A DNA stretch of 64,000 bases from Octopus sinensis (GCF_006345805.1 NC_043008.1:10664001-10728000), one strand, 5' to 3'. Shown: positions 26,605-41,345, counted from the first letter of the stretch. Program-made: numbers and translations. The notes: generated from the letters alone by a model not told the origin.

Positions 26605-26985
26605 TAGATAACTGGTGAAACTCTAAACGAGGTTAATGCCAAGCTTTCGCATGAAACAAGGAGGGAGTCTCTCCATGAGACATTCTCAGAACTTCTATAT
26701 GAAGAGATGAGAAAATCTGTGTAGGAGGCAAAGACGTATGCAGCAGACGGCTTTTCCTTGTCAGCTGGTCTGTTATTTATGATCTTATTGAAAAGCAACG
26801 AAACCTGTACACATCATAAAAGCAAAGAATGATAAAGATTTTTAAAAATGGTTGATGATGGACATGAAGCAATGAAAGAACCGCTACAGGAAACAACGAA
26901 GGATCTTCTACATGAAACAACGTGTGAAACTATATGAGTTAACGAGGAAGTCTTTATATGAGACAATGAAAGAATCTCTACGTGA
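26605..26985. repeat. Old degenerate minisatellite with about 24-bp period
   Basis: Recurring CATGAAACAA/CATGAGACA/TATGAGACAA at roughly 24-nt spacing in two blocks. Confidence 0.5.
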
Positions 26986-27032
26986 TTGTTCAGTCTGCGA
27001 GAAATATCAGCAAAATATCCCTCATATCACAA

Positions 27033-27248
27033 TATATATTAATATAAGAGGGAAATTTTTTTTAACCACAATGTGGAAACCCTTATGCTAGAAGAAGATC
27101 CGCTATGGTCTTAACCACAAAGAATTGTTCTCTGGTGTGCTAAATTTTCTGGAGAACAATTCCTAGTGGTTAAGACCATAGCGGATCTTCTTCTAGCATA
27201 AGGGTTTCCACATAGTGGTTTAAAAAATTCCCTCTTATACTAATATAT
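27033..27248. mobile_element. Near-perfect palindromic foldback (MITE-like) element with about 100-bp arms
   Basis: Left arm 27033-27132 is the reverse complement of right arm 27152-27248, including a perfect central stretch of about 47 bp; TA-rich flanks; relative at 56098-56190. Confidence 0.9.
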
Positions 27249-27367
27249 ATATATTATATTTACATATCAAACGGTTTCGCTTGTACTAATCATGACTAAG
27301 GGATGATGTTACAATTCCATAAATATACACGTACACATATGTATATGTGTAAGTATGTATACTTATA

Positions 27368-28503
<1,136 letters not shown>

Positions 28504-29320
28504 CATATACAGTAGAACATATTTATGACCAAGGCAATTTGTATAAATGAAAGGAATATGAGCTACGAGAAATAATTCAGAGTCAGAGAGGACATATATA
28601 TATATATATATCTTGGTTGTTCCAAAATTGTATTCATCTATACAAAGAGCAGGTGTTTGATCTGCGATAAACTTAAAGAAAAAGAAAAACAATCTTGGCT
28701 AAGTGGTCTTCAATTTTTAAATTAGGCATAAAAAGTGAGACAACAGCAAGAAAGTTTTATGTAAATTGTGTAATGTTGAAATCTGAGTTCACAAGAATCA
28801 ATTTGAGAAAGCATACTTCTGCAGCTTAACGTAAACACGAGTGCTGTAATAAACTCTAAACTCTAATGCGCAACAAATTAACAAACCAGCTTTTTTTCTC
28901 TAGTAACAAAATAAGAAAATTTAAACAGCTGCAAAGAGGCGAACTGACGCAAGATTCTTATTATCAGTTGAAGGTGGTTTGAAAATGCATTAAAGGAATT
29001 ATAAAGCACTTGTAGAATATTTTATCATTCACTCTTACAGAAAGAATAAATTGAAGGCATAGGTAATCATATGTTCTTGACTTTGGGCATGTCGACTGAT
29101 ATTGCATGTGAAAAGACATCTCTGTGTGTGATACAATAAACTGTATCATTTGTATGACGAAATAAAATTGTGTCACAGTTTTAAGAACTAATTGACTTTG
29201 CAAAAGTTTTTTGGGTAATGTAAAAGTTTTTGGGTAATGTGGGAATTAATAATTCTAAGTTTGACCCAAAAGCCATTAGCAAGTGTATTGAGTGCCACTT
29301 TCATTTCTTCATTCACTCGT

Positions 29321-29344
29321 GTACACACACACACACACACACAC

Positions 29345-29403
<59 letters not shown>

Positions 29404-29405
29404 AT
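29321..29405. repeat. (CA)n microsatellite
   Basis: Read directly. Confidence 0.97.
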
Positions 29406-32400
29406 ATACACATATATAGTGAAAAGTTCAATAAAGAAATTTTCCACGTGGCGAATAGTAGTGAAAAATATATTTTTGGGTGCTATTTTTATAAGAGAAC
29501 TTCAAAGAGGATCTTTCATTGGTTTCTGTCGCTCATTGACCAGAATAAATCTATGTTCGTAGTTTCAGTGTTATTAGTAATGCTGAATAATTCTTGTGAA
29601 ATGGTTATGCAGAAACTATGTAAAATGGACGTTCGTTGAATGTTAATAAATCCAGTTTCCATGAGGAATGAAAAGCCTCACATCTTCTGCTCTTGAGCAT
29701 CAACACTTTGAAAAGTTAGACTTTATCTTTTCGATCAATTGTTTTTAAGACCTAGGACTTCGCTCTGTTTAAGTTAGTGTTAACATATTCAAAGCAATTA
29801 ATAATCTAAAAGCTAAATACAAATAATTAAACAGCGAGAAAAAAAATAGCATCATATTCTAAATATCTCACAAATACGGAAGACAACCCCGCACAAGTTT
29901 CGCTCTTATGGTACCTCTTCGGTAAAGTATAAACTTTGCTGTACTTACTGAAGTAGCGATGAAAATTATCCAATAAATGAATAAGAATGTATATAAGGCT
30001 GGTATCAAACACTAGAATCGTTTCTAAATTATTCTTTGACGCTGTTCGTTTAGAAAATAATAGTTAAGGTGGTATTAAAACAATATTGGTGAATTACAAA
30101 TATTATTTTTTCCTCAACGTACAATTATTTCTAATTAGCTGTTTAACAATCATTCATTAATTATTATGAACTTAAGTAATATTTCGTTTATATAGATGGT
30201 GTTCCTGAATAATCAATTATAATTATCTTCTGCAAGCACTAGGGAATGGTACTTTGGAAGGTTTCAGAAATTCGTAGGGAGAAATTTGTTTCCAAAGTGA
30301 AAATTCAGAAGGGAGAAAGGAGAAAAGGGAGAAAGAAGAAATAAGAGAAAGGAAAAGAGAGAAAGAGAAAAGAGGGAAACAGAGAGAAAAGATAATAATA
30401 TTTACAAAACGACAGAAAAGGCTAAAAAAACTGAAAAAAAAGGTTCTGCTGTTATAAACTGAAGAAAAGTAAATTTATAAAATGCATTACTCAGGGACGC
30501 ATTCTGCATGAAAAGCAATAGTTAAGTTAGTGTTAAGGCAAGGAGACTTCGATCGAGATAACATAAAGGCAGGTACTCTTAGTTTAGAGGAACAGATAGT
30601 GTTCCAATCGAAGCAGAAGGAAGAAAGAGATTAAGAGATAGAGATAGACAGACAGGAAGAAATAGCGATGAAGAGACAAGGGAAAAGAGATAGAGAAGAA
30701 ACTTGGGGAAAAACATGGCCTCCGTAGTCTAATTTTTATCTCCCTTTAGATGGATTTTTGTCAGCATGGATTTTTGTCAGTGAACAGGTCGCGGTCTTAA
30801 AACGACGAAAATATTTTGACAAATTAAACTTAAATGTTGAAGTGAATCGAACGGTTTTTGTGTGTTTCTTAAATGGCTTACAAACACCTTCCACGCTGCA
30901 ATTGTTTTCGTTTCAGCACACGATCTCGGATCAAATCACTTGCTATGCAGGTACATCTCCGTAAATATAACGAGTTTTGTAACAATTTCAACGTCCAGCA
31001 TTATTTAGAAATCAGGAGAACGCTGACCTGGCAAAAAGTTTCAATCTAGCAACGTTATTATTATTAGAAAATATCGTCTGCCAGACAGAATTAAAAGACG
31101 GTAATAATAATTGAATGTCAGGAACGTCGATGACTATGTGCATGATAAATGGTAGAAGTAATACCAATATCGCATGTAAAAGGCAATTACGAAATGCTTT
31201 AGGTTAGTTATTCGCAAGCTGTCTTTCTCCTCGATCGGCTGATTTGTATGATAATAGAATAACCAACTTTTTACTACAGTCACAGTAATGTGTTAGGTAT
31301 TTAAAAGTGTTTAGATTATAGAAGGGGTGAATCAGCTACTGCGCCATAATAACCGGGTATTCACTTACGACCCAATAAAAATGGAATCTGGAAATAGATT
31401 AAAGGTTATACGACTGCGGTACTTTCAACTTAACTTCTTAGACTACGTGAAAAATTCTCTACTAAATCTTGGTCAACTTTGGATAGATTTTTAACTTCTG
31501 TGTTAGCCGCATATAATTAATAAGCAAGAAATTTGATCGTAGGCCAGATCTATAGAATTTTTGGCAACTGAGAAGAACTTTCACTCTTCTAATTGAACAA
31601 CCTTTGTACGTGCCTAAAAATATATTCTCGACTCTCCATGCATGACTACCAACCATCAGTGCTTACGTCTGTCGTATTATGGACGGATTAATAACCAGTT
31701 ATTTGTTCTCAACCAAAGATTTGTGTTCTTTCTATGAGTGTCAGTAATAGCTATTGATTTACACTACTTCAGTTTAACTCTTTTGATGAAGAGCCAGAAT
31801 CTTTGTTACACTCACAATTCATTGTCATTTTTATGGCTATGGATATGTTTTGTGGGTAGATATAACCGTCTTGGTGATTCAATGAAATCTCTTATACACG
31901 TCAGAGTTCAAATATGGCGACTATAAGTTAGAAAGTCGATCATCGATATAAAACTACATTTCCATCCTGTGTTATTTATTCTTGGTAATTCGTACTGCAG
32001 CGGAGATATACATCTAGATGGCATTAATAGTTCTATTACAGTCCAAGATACATTTGCTCTTACATATCAAAGAAACTTACATTTCCGTTTCATTTGGTAA
32101 TTCCACGTCCAGTTCTTAACACGATTCTACGCTAGCAGATATTTTTTAACGTTTTATCAGTTTCATTATTACTGAAAATGTAAAATAGAATGTTAGCTGA
32201 TGGGCATTGAATAGCGGTGCCTAGCTGGCTGAAATACACAGGTTCTTCGTCATTTTAGCAAGATTGCAGAACAATTTACTGGTATTGTTCAGACTCTAAC
32301 ACATGTTACAGCCACTTACAAAATGTAACTCAATCCGACAGGCGATAAAGCAAGATATGCTATTTATACTTTATATACATGTATTGAGATATATTGATAT

Positions 32401-33029
32401 GAACAGATTATCGAATATATTTTTAGCTTCAGGCTACTCATTGTATAAACATGAATCCTGCTAGTCAAGTTACACGCTACGTTTAGCTTATTCGTTAATA
32501 GTATCAATCAGTTCTATCTGCTCCTGCTATTAGCAAATAGGTTAAATTCCATCTTGCCAACGTTGCGTTTTGAATTCATTAATCATTATCGAACACGTTT
32601 TATTTGATTCTCATAATTATACGGGCTTATCATAAGAGGTAGACTTTGTAGAACAACTAAAGATACAGATTAATTTCTGGCATAAGTAAAGGAAATAACT
32701 CGATGGCTACAGAATAGCAATTAAAAACGCAGTATCATAAAATTTACCCTCCTTAAAAAAAATACGATAAACTCTGTGATTGCTAAATAATGTCTTAGAT
32801 TAATACTTTCTCATGGTTTCATTGTTCTGCTTGAAAGGTGAAGTTCATTAACCGGAATGATAGTCATGGCAGGATTCGGTAATATTATTTCACCACCTCT
32901 CCTACTGAAAGACTCCATTTTAATAAATAATTATCAAAGAATAAAGCATGGAATGGAGTAAGTGTTATTGAGATTAGGATTTGTTAAGTCCAACCGTGAC
33001 AGCTGGACTGATGCCTTTGGACGTGTCGG

Positions 33030-34500
33030 GAATCGTAACAAATCACGAAAGAAAACATTGTCTTCTACTTCATTGCTTTTGAAACGAAAGAAACACACAA
33101 AAAACACAAACATTGTCCTTACATTCAAACTCTCCATCTTTCTCTAATAAAATTTGCGTGTACCCATAATTGTTATTTATAAGGAGAAAACCATAAACAA
33201 TTAGTCAAGATGGTAAGGGAGAGGCCGATTGGAGAAAACCACCAGAAAAACAGAAGATAATGGAGAATTTTATTTGCAACAGGTGACAGTCAAGATAAAA
33301 TTGATGATAAAATTGAAATGTGCAAAACATAGAAAAGCATCTCTTCTCACAGAATTCTAAACGATTCCCTGATTTTAGGGCTAATATCACTGACTCCCAT
33401 CCTGTATGATTTCTTTTTTCACTTCGTCTCGTTTCCTCTGGAGTTGCAATGGATGATGTTTCACAATTCCTAGTTTTAGAAAAAATGTTTTTCTTCCAAA
33501 GACATGAATCAAGTTTTTCTATCACTGTAGATAATACCAGATATTTCCACTAGAGACAATAGCACTTGGAGACATGGAACAATAATTTGAAAGATGATAT
33601 ACACACAAGGGAATATATAAGTGTTACGTGAGTATTTATCAACGACCCCTGAAAGGCATTTGTTTTGAGGAACTGACAGTTTAGATCTCTTCAAATCTAA
33701 TGAGATGTGATCCATTGCCTCCTGTATAGTTTTCATGAAGTTTTGATTACTTCGAATGTAACATATTCGAGAGTCAAAATATATTTTACGGACATTCTTA
33801 GTTTTAAAAAAGTAAATGTTTTGATTTACATAATCCATCAATCTTCTTACTCCTAAGTGACATTATTCACCGTAAAGATATACTAAGCGCAATTTATAAA
33901 CTGGCCGAGCAGAACAATGTATCCGTGGCAGGCACCAGTATATATATTTCCTTTTATCACATCGATAAAAATGTCAAAAGAATATGAAGAACGCTTGATA
34001 AACCAACATTTATCATTCGTAACGATGCATTTATTGGGTTTATGAAGCATAGATTGGACGCTTTGATGGTCTGTAACGAGGGTTAAGTTCCTAGGAGGCT
34101 GTGTCAGTATTTATGTAATCTTACAACTATGGTAGCTTTCTTGTTAATAAAGCGATATCATTAATCAGTCTTAAATGGCAGGGTGACCTTTTTGGGGGTA
34201 GTGCTGCAGCTAGTGTTTGACCTGATGCATTGACGTCAACCGTAAATGAGAAGGAGTTGTAACTGGTTTACAATAATTTTCTTTGATGCTGTCAATATTT
34301 TTAAAGATAGTAACAACTTCTTGTGGAATGGGATAGCGGTACATCTGATTAAGTGTTTTAATTCGTCCAAAAAAAGGTGTCACATAATTGCTGTTGTCTT
34401 TTAATTTCCTTTTGTGAAGTAGGAATTTTAAGGTATTTAAGCAGAAGTAGCCTAACAGCTTAAGCAATTGCTCAGTAATTTTGCAAAGGCGGTACCCAAA
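33030..34500 (-). mobile_element. Heavily decayed Ty3/Gypsy pol remnant (RT connection, RNase H, integrase)
   Basis: Minus strand across frameshifts: YVTPFFGRIKTL..YPIPQEVVTIF; FTVDVNASGQTLAAAL; KKATIVV..KY*HSLLG; LTLVTDHQSV...NDKCW..KRSSYSFDI; ISLDLK..VVDKYSR..IFPC..IYSDRKT*FMS; SEKRNHTGWESVILALKS; EDNVFFRDL. Domain order RT-RH-IN with D,D,E residues. Confidence 0.8.
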
Positions 34501-35351
34501 GAATTTTAAGAATAAATATATAAGTATCGTTTTGATATTCTTTTTGAGTCTCACTGTTTACCATGTACATGACAATTCATTATCGGTTGGTAGATGTCAC
34601 CACGGGTCAGCAAACAAACTGTTTGCTGAAGTTGTAAACAAGAGCTTTAGCTTTTGTTGGATTCATTAGTCCAAGGTGCATTTGGCTGACGAGACACAAC
34701 GATGTTGAAACATTTACTTTTGACTTCCGAACAGATGTCGCTGTACATTGCAGCGTTCCAGCCTCTCAAAACGGAACCGAAGCCAGCCGCCATAAGGACA
34801 GATTCCTCCTTGCGTTAATTAACCGAGTATGTTATGAACTCACATTCATCGTAAAGATGTTGTTCGCCTCTGACGAATTACAACAGCGATTAGCATATTT
34901 ACGTTTGAATCTGGCGGAACGTATCAAGAATGAATATGCAAGTCTACCTTTTGATCCTCGCTGTTCCGTCATGCACCTGGCGGTTTATAATTTTATGTTT
35001 GTTTTGCTGAAACAGTTTATTTTCAAGATTTATTTATTTAGATCTTGGAGCATGACTGAAATGCATTTAGATTTCCGCCGTGACTTTCCTTAAAGGTACC
35101 ACATACGATTAAGTTTTCTAAATATGAGCAGGGAGATTCGGGGTTATTCAGTGAGGTAATTGTACTATCCCTCGTTGCAAATAAACAAGCCGCAGCTTTC
35201 GTAAAGCCAAATGGATGTCTTAGCTACTCAAGTCTTGAAAATTAGGACATTTTTAATCAGCAAGAACAACTGATAATAGGCATTGTTCATTTTGGCGTTA
35301 CTAAAATATGCTGCAATGCAGTATATATTAACTCGGAAATGAGAAGTAATG

Positions 35352-35658
35352 AATTTGTTAGACTACAGGTGCCATCCTTCACATTCCTCTTAATTTAACA
35401 CCAAACGTCAAATCTAATATTACACTAACCTGAAAGGATTTGGTGAAAGAGAGCCAATTTGTAAAGTACAATCATTTGTTATTATTACCCGAACTTTTCC
35501 CAGTTCTCTGATGTTTTCTTTGAAAACACAATTTACTTTTTGCTTTACGAATTGGCTCTCGATCGCCGAATCCCTTCAAGTTAGTGTAATATTAGATTTG
35601 GCGTTTGGTGTTAAATTAAAAGGAATATGACGGATGGGATCTTTAGACTAACAAAATT
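35352..35658. mobile_element. Older foldback/MITE: about 116-bp inverted arms (35352-35467, 35542-35658) with about 75-bp spacer
   Basis: TTAATTTAACACCAAACGTCAAATCTAATATTACACTAAC is inverted as GTTAGTGTAATATTAGATTTGGCGTTTGGTGTTAAATTAA; roughly 80-85% identity overall. Confidence 0.85.
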
Positions 35659-36130
35659 TGGCAATACTCGATGGGCTTCCAAGATATTAAATTTAAATGC
35701 CACAGCAAAATGTTGGGAGTATGAAACTCTATTCCAGAGTTAAATTAGAGTTGACAGCGAGTATAACTAAAAATATCTGTACAAATTTCACACACACCTA
35801 TAATCAAATTCTCCGAATAGTTTCATTGACTAAACATTTCCATTTTCCTGTCAACCATAAGCATGCATCAGAAAAGGATCTTCTATTAAAGTAGAACTTT
35901 ACAAAGTTGAAGAAATTGATGAATTAGAAATCGGTTTATTTGTTCTATATTGGTGCCCTAATTGTTTAATACGTAATTTTCACACCTAGGAAAATTGGCT
36001 TTTTTCTCACACTTCCGACATAGCGTTTGCTAGGCGGACATGTTTTGTGCTCATACCTACATTAAAACAACAACACAACAGCTTCTAAATGAGCAGCTGT
36101 TGAAATAAGTTATTGTTATTATTAGGTATC

Positions 36131-36352
36131 TTAAGATGTGGCAAGGTGGTAGAATAGTTAACACGCAGAGCAAAAATGCTTAGCGGCATTTTGTCCGTCT
36201 TTACGTTCAGGGTTCAAATGCCGCTGAGGTCGACTTCGCCATTCATCCTTTCGGAGTCGATTAAAGCAAGTATCAGTTGAGCACTGGGGTCGATGTAATC
36301 GATTCACCCCCTAACTGGAACTTTCCGGCATTGTATCAAAAATTTGAAATCA
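36131..36352 (+). mobile_element. SINE family A, tail type 2
   Basis: Head, core GAGGTCGACTTCGCCATTCATCCTTTCGGAGTCG, ends TTTGAAAT. Confidence 0.85.
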
Positions 36353-37956
36353 TTATTATCAGATATCCTCTTCTGTATAAAGACTAACATTTACGAAGTA
36401 AGTCTGATGGTTATCGCTGGCATAATTTATTACTAAATCCAATCCAAGACTTGTGAAATTACTTTTTCCAAATACTTTTTTTATTCTCGATCAGTCTGAG
36501 TTTTAATCTTGTTTTAGATATAAAAGTATCATTATCGATTTTGTTTACAAAATTCCGATAAAGTAACATTAAAGTTATATTTTTTGACAATAGTTTCCAG
36601 ACTTGAAGGAAGTGAATTAGGAATATGAAAAATAAAAAAAAAAAAAAAACATCGCTCATTGGTTTAATGTGGGTGTTCTGAATGCAAATTATCGTAACCT
36701 ACTTGATGAAATATGAAATTTACGAGAGAGTGTTATCTGTAGATATAAGTAAATAGCAAGAAGATTGTTTCGAGCGTACGAAACCAGTGTTTAATGTCAG
36801 AGGAGGCTAACAACGAATGAGAAGGAACTGCGTTAAATATTTCGGGGTGAAAAATTCAATTCATATTGAACTCTTTGAATAATCTGTCATAAAAGAACGT
36901 AACGATTTGAGGTGTGAATTGTAAAAACTTCATTCAGCAACAAATGATGCAGCTCAACGTTCAGTTTAAAGATAGGAAAAAAATACGTACACCACGATGC
37001 ATAAATTGTTAAACAACACGATATCACAAGAAGCCTTCTCTTTCGACTACAAGTAAAATACCTGAACATTGATTTTTCAAATCTAAGAACGAACGAGGTA
37101 TTTTTTTAAACAGGAACCGAGCAATGGGAACCGGATTTAGTGATAGCTTTACTTGATAGGAATTTCCACTATCAAAGTAGAAACAAGGGTTCATGTTCTG
37201 TCACTTGTGGTCAAGAACGAAACTTAACTTTCGAAAAGCTCCGCCCACTGTATATAAGAAATGGATAATACAAACATCTCAGAACTTTAAGTTGTGGAAA
37301 CACTTTAATACTGATAAATATTTTGTTATATAGCAGCGCTGAGTTCATGTCCGTCTAGAGCTATATAATACTCTATGAATAATATATGAATACGAAAATT
37401 TCAGTTTCTACACTGTAATGGCTCATGTGATCCATAAAGAAGTAAATATACTCAAGTTATTTTCATTCAATACCATTAAACAACTCTCATATCTTTAAAG
37501 AATATTCTTTCAATGAAAGAAACAAAGTGTTTAAATGTAAGAAACTTCGACACATTTTAAGACACAACCTGATTGAATAATCTTTTGAATTTAAACAAAA
37601 AAGATCTACGTTATTATGGCTTATTGTGAAGAGATAAGAGCGGTACTTTGAAGCAATTTTAGGCTGAGTATATCCCCATTAATTATATACTGTAATCAAT
37701 GGAATTCTCAGGAGATAACTCATGTGAAATATTTAGGGAAACAAACTATAAACTACACTTAATAGTTAATGGAGTCATAATAGTAAAGAAAACAAACAAC
37801 AAAAAACGTATCATTTCTTGCGTCCAATTACCTTGATGTTTCTGTCTTGGGTATTAAAGGTGTGAACTGTGAAGGTTGAATATACACATACAAAGGTATT
37901 AAGCAATTGTTTGTAAGGTTTGTTTTCATATCAAGTGGAAACATACGCCACCGATG

Positions 37957-38325
37957 TTATCCAAGGGAAAGGCAAAAGCCGATACAGCTTCGCGCCAGTG
38001 ACGTCGCAACTAATTTATTAACGTGCAAGTGGCTGAGCACTCCACAGACACGTGTACCCTTAACGTAGTTCTCGAGGAGATTCAGTGAGACACAGAATGT
38101 GACAAGGCTGGCCCTTTGAAATACAGGTACAACAGAAACAGGAAGAGTGGGAGAAAGTTGTGGTGAAAGGGTACAGCAGGGTTCACCACCAACCCCTGTC
38201 GGAACCTCGTGGGGCTTTAGGGGGTTTCGCTCAATAAACACTCACAATGCCAGGTCTGGGAATCGAAACCACGATTCTACGACTGTGAGTCCGCTGCCCT
38301 AGCCACTGGGCCATTGCACCTCCAC
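37957..38325 (-). mobile_element. tRNA-derived SINE family E
   Basis: Minus-strand head GGAGGTGCAATGGCCCAGTGG...GGTTTCGATTCCC; middle module ACACGTGTCTGTGGAGTGCTCAGCCAC shared with 53946-54259. Confidence 0.85.
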
Positions 38326-38885
38326 TAAACCAAACCAATGACATGACGTAACTGTACTAGAACATAAACTTTAAATCACATCCACTAAATATGGCACCTA
38401 CGAGATATATTTTCTGCTAAAGCACTCGGAAAAACAAATAGAGTGGCAGATTGTAAGAATCGAACTCATATTTAACAGTTTATGTGTATATAATGAATCC
38501 GTCTCATATTTATCGATTTATTTGCTAAATGTATTATAAAACAACAGCAATCTCAGATCTTGCTTTAACAGGCAGTAAAAATCATTCGTTTTATTGGTGA
38601 AAAAAACAACTTTTTATTGTTTTCTTCTCCACTGGAAATAAAGTGTCTCGTTCTTTTTATTATTAATTTTTATTTTCTTCATCTTCTTCGCACGGTGGAT
38701 TCAACTTTGACAGAAGAGATGGTCTGCAATGAAGCTTTGCTCTTTGAAGTAAAGCTAATCTGTTCGGTGTAATAAGCCAAATCTTTCTCCGCAAAAAAGG
38801 TTAATATATTTATAAGAACAATAAGAAAATTTAGCTACCCACAATCATATTTCTCTTACATTATCACCATTACATCATCACCATC

Positions 38886-38952
<67 letters not shown>
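38886..38952. repeat. (TTA)n microsatellite
   Basis: Read directly. Confidence 0.97.
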
Positions 38953-39679
38953 GTTACTTTATGTTGTTTTGCTGCTCAATTACAATAGCGTCAAGAATTT
39001 ATCCTTGCAAAGCATTCCAAAGCAATTTGAAGCGTTTGAACAGATTATCAATTACTCTTTTTTCCCCCAAAGCTATTATTAACTTCGATGTGTGATATCG
39101 ATCGGAAACCTAAAATAATATATTAGTAAGGAAATCAATAGATTTTGGATATGAAGGAGGCATAATTTTATGAAAATTTGATGAATCAACCAAGTGAAAT
39201 ATAGCAAATAACCTTACTAAGTCCAATAGAGTTCACAGTTTCTGGGACTCTCTCTCTCTCTCTCTCTCTCTTTCCTTTCGACTTTCCATCTCTCTTTCTC
39301 TGTCTTTCTCTCCTTGTTTGTCTCTCTGTTATGTGAATGTCGATTGACCCTTCGATTTATTGATAAAACAAGTCGTATGAGGTTATTTAGGGCGATCTAA
39401 GAGGCTTCATCAATGTTATAATTTTCTCTTAAAACTACCGAATGCAGGGAACTCATAGCTATCAAATCAGGAGCCTAGATCGATGTTAAAGCAACAATAC
39501 TAAAACTAATACTAAATATTATTGTGTGAATACTTCAATTATGAAGAATAAATGGTTTCCTTTCTTTCCTTGTTTCTAAATCCATACGAAGACTACAACT
39601 CGTCTTGTTTTATGAACCAATGCTACTTATTGAAGTATATCTAATGAACTCCCGCGCATTATTTGTTATATCAAATATT

Positions 39680-40250
39680 ATTTTCTACTCTAGGCACAAG
39701 GCCTGAAAATTTTGGGGAGTGGCCAGTCGATTAGATCGACCCCAGTACCCCGAAAGGATGAAAGGCAAAGTCGACCTCGGCAGAATTTGAACTCAGAACG
39801 TAAAGACAGACGAAATACCCATTTCTTTACTAACCACAAGGGGCTAAACACAGAAGGGACAAACAAGGACAGACAAAGGGATTAAGTCGATTAGATCGAC
39901 CCCAGTGCGTAACTGGTACTTATTTAATCGACCCCGAAAGGATGAAAGGCAAAGTGGACCTCGGCGGAATTTGAACTCAGAACGTAGCGCCAGACGAAAT
40001 ACTGCTAAGCATTTCGCCTGGCGTGCTAACGACTCTGCCAGCTCGCCGCCTTATTGTTATATGAAGGCCTGAAAAATTTGGAGAGGGGTGAGTCGATTAG
40101 ATCGGCCCCAGTACGCAACTGGTATTTAATTTATCAACCCCGAAAGGATGTAAAGCAAAGCCGACCTCGATGGAATTTGAACTCGGAAATTCAAAGCTTT
40201 TAGAAGCATTTCGCCAAATGTGCTAACGTTTCTGCCAGTTCGCCGCCTTA
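39680..40250 (-). mobile_element. Composite of a SINE A dimer (39680-40053) and a monomer (40063-40250)
   Basis: Three cores and two heads; flanked by TTGTTATATCAAATAT at 39663-39678 and 40251-40266. Confidence 0.9.
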
Positions 40251-40321
40251 TTGTTATATCAAATATCAAAAAAAAATTTATTTACATCGTATTATACTTT
40301 CAATTGTTCGAATTCTGTTTA

Positions 40322-40445
40322 CATCGACTTTTCCTTTCATCCTTTTGAGCCAAATAAAAAGCTGTACCAGTTAAGCACTGAGGTCGAATCAAACGATCAG
40401 CCCTCTCCCGCAAAAGTTCGGGCCTTGTGCCTGTTGCAGAAAGGT
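40322..40445 (+). mobile_element. 5'-truncated SINE family A
   Basis: TCGACTTTTCCTTTCATCCTTTTGAG core and GGCCTTGTGCC tail. Confidence 0.75.
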
Positions 40446-40559
40446 AAAAAAGAAAAGAAAATTAGTTTACGTAATATCTGTATTCGGGTTTCGGTTTATG
40501 TTTTATCCTTCTTTTTGTGCTCGTGATCGTTGAAAATCTCGAGCACACACACACACACA

Positions 40560-40677
40560 TACTGAAACAGATAGATAGATAAATAGATAGATCGAGAGAA
40601 AATGAATAAATAGATGGATAAATAAATTGATAGATTGATAGATAGCTAGATAAATAGATAGATAAATAGATAGATAA

Positions 40678-40713
<36 letters not shown>

Positions 40714-40715
40714 GC

Positions 40716-40772
<57 letters not shown>

Positions 40773-41345
40773 CATAAATAGATAAATAGATAGATAAATA
40801 AATATATAAATAGATAGATAAATAGATAGATATATAGATAGATAAATAGATAGATAAACAGATAGATAAATAGATAGATAGACGATAGGTAGATAGATAA
40901 ATAGATAGATACATAAATAGATAAATAGATAGATAAATAGATAGATTGATAGATAAATAGATAGATAGATTGATAGATAAATAGATAGATAGATTGATAG
41001 ATAGCTAGATACATAAATAGATTGATAGATAGATAAATAGATAAATAGATAAATAGATAGATTGATAGATAGATAAATAGATATATAAATAGATAGATTG
41101 ATAGATAAATAAATAGATAAATAGATAGATTGATAGATAGATTGATAGATAGATAAATAGATATATAAATAGATAGATTGATAGATAAATAAATAGATAA
41201 ATAGATAGATTGATAGATAGATTGATAGATAGATAAATAGATATATAAATAGATAGATACATAAATAGATAGATAAATAGATAAATAGATAGAAAAAAAA
41301 TAGATAGAAAAAAGATAAATAGAAAAATAGGTAGATAGATAGATA
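40560..41345. repeat. Degenerate (GATA)n array with an exact 80-bp higher-order duplication
   Basis: 41061-41140 equals 41141-41220, with a partial third copy. Confidence 0.95.

Noticed and set aside
31560-31610. Mariner-like TIR (minus-strand TACAAAGGTTGTTCAAT)
   Set aside because: No matching second end found in the window
33180-34554. Apparent GPCR or Cys-loop receptor pseudogene (YIIFQIIVPCLQVLLSL looked like a transmembrane helix)
   Set aside because: The same text fits Gypsy integrase and RNase H motifs in the correct order, a more complete explanation
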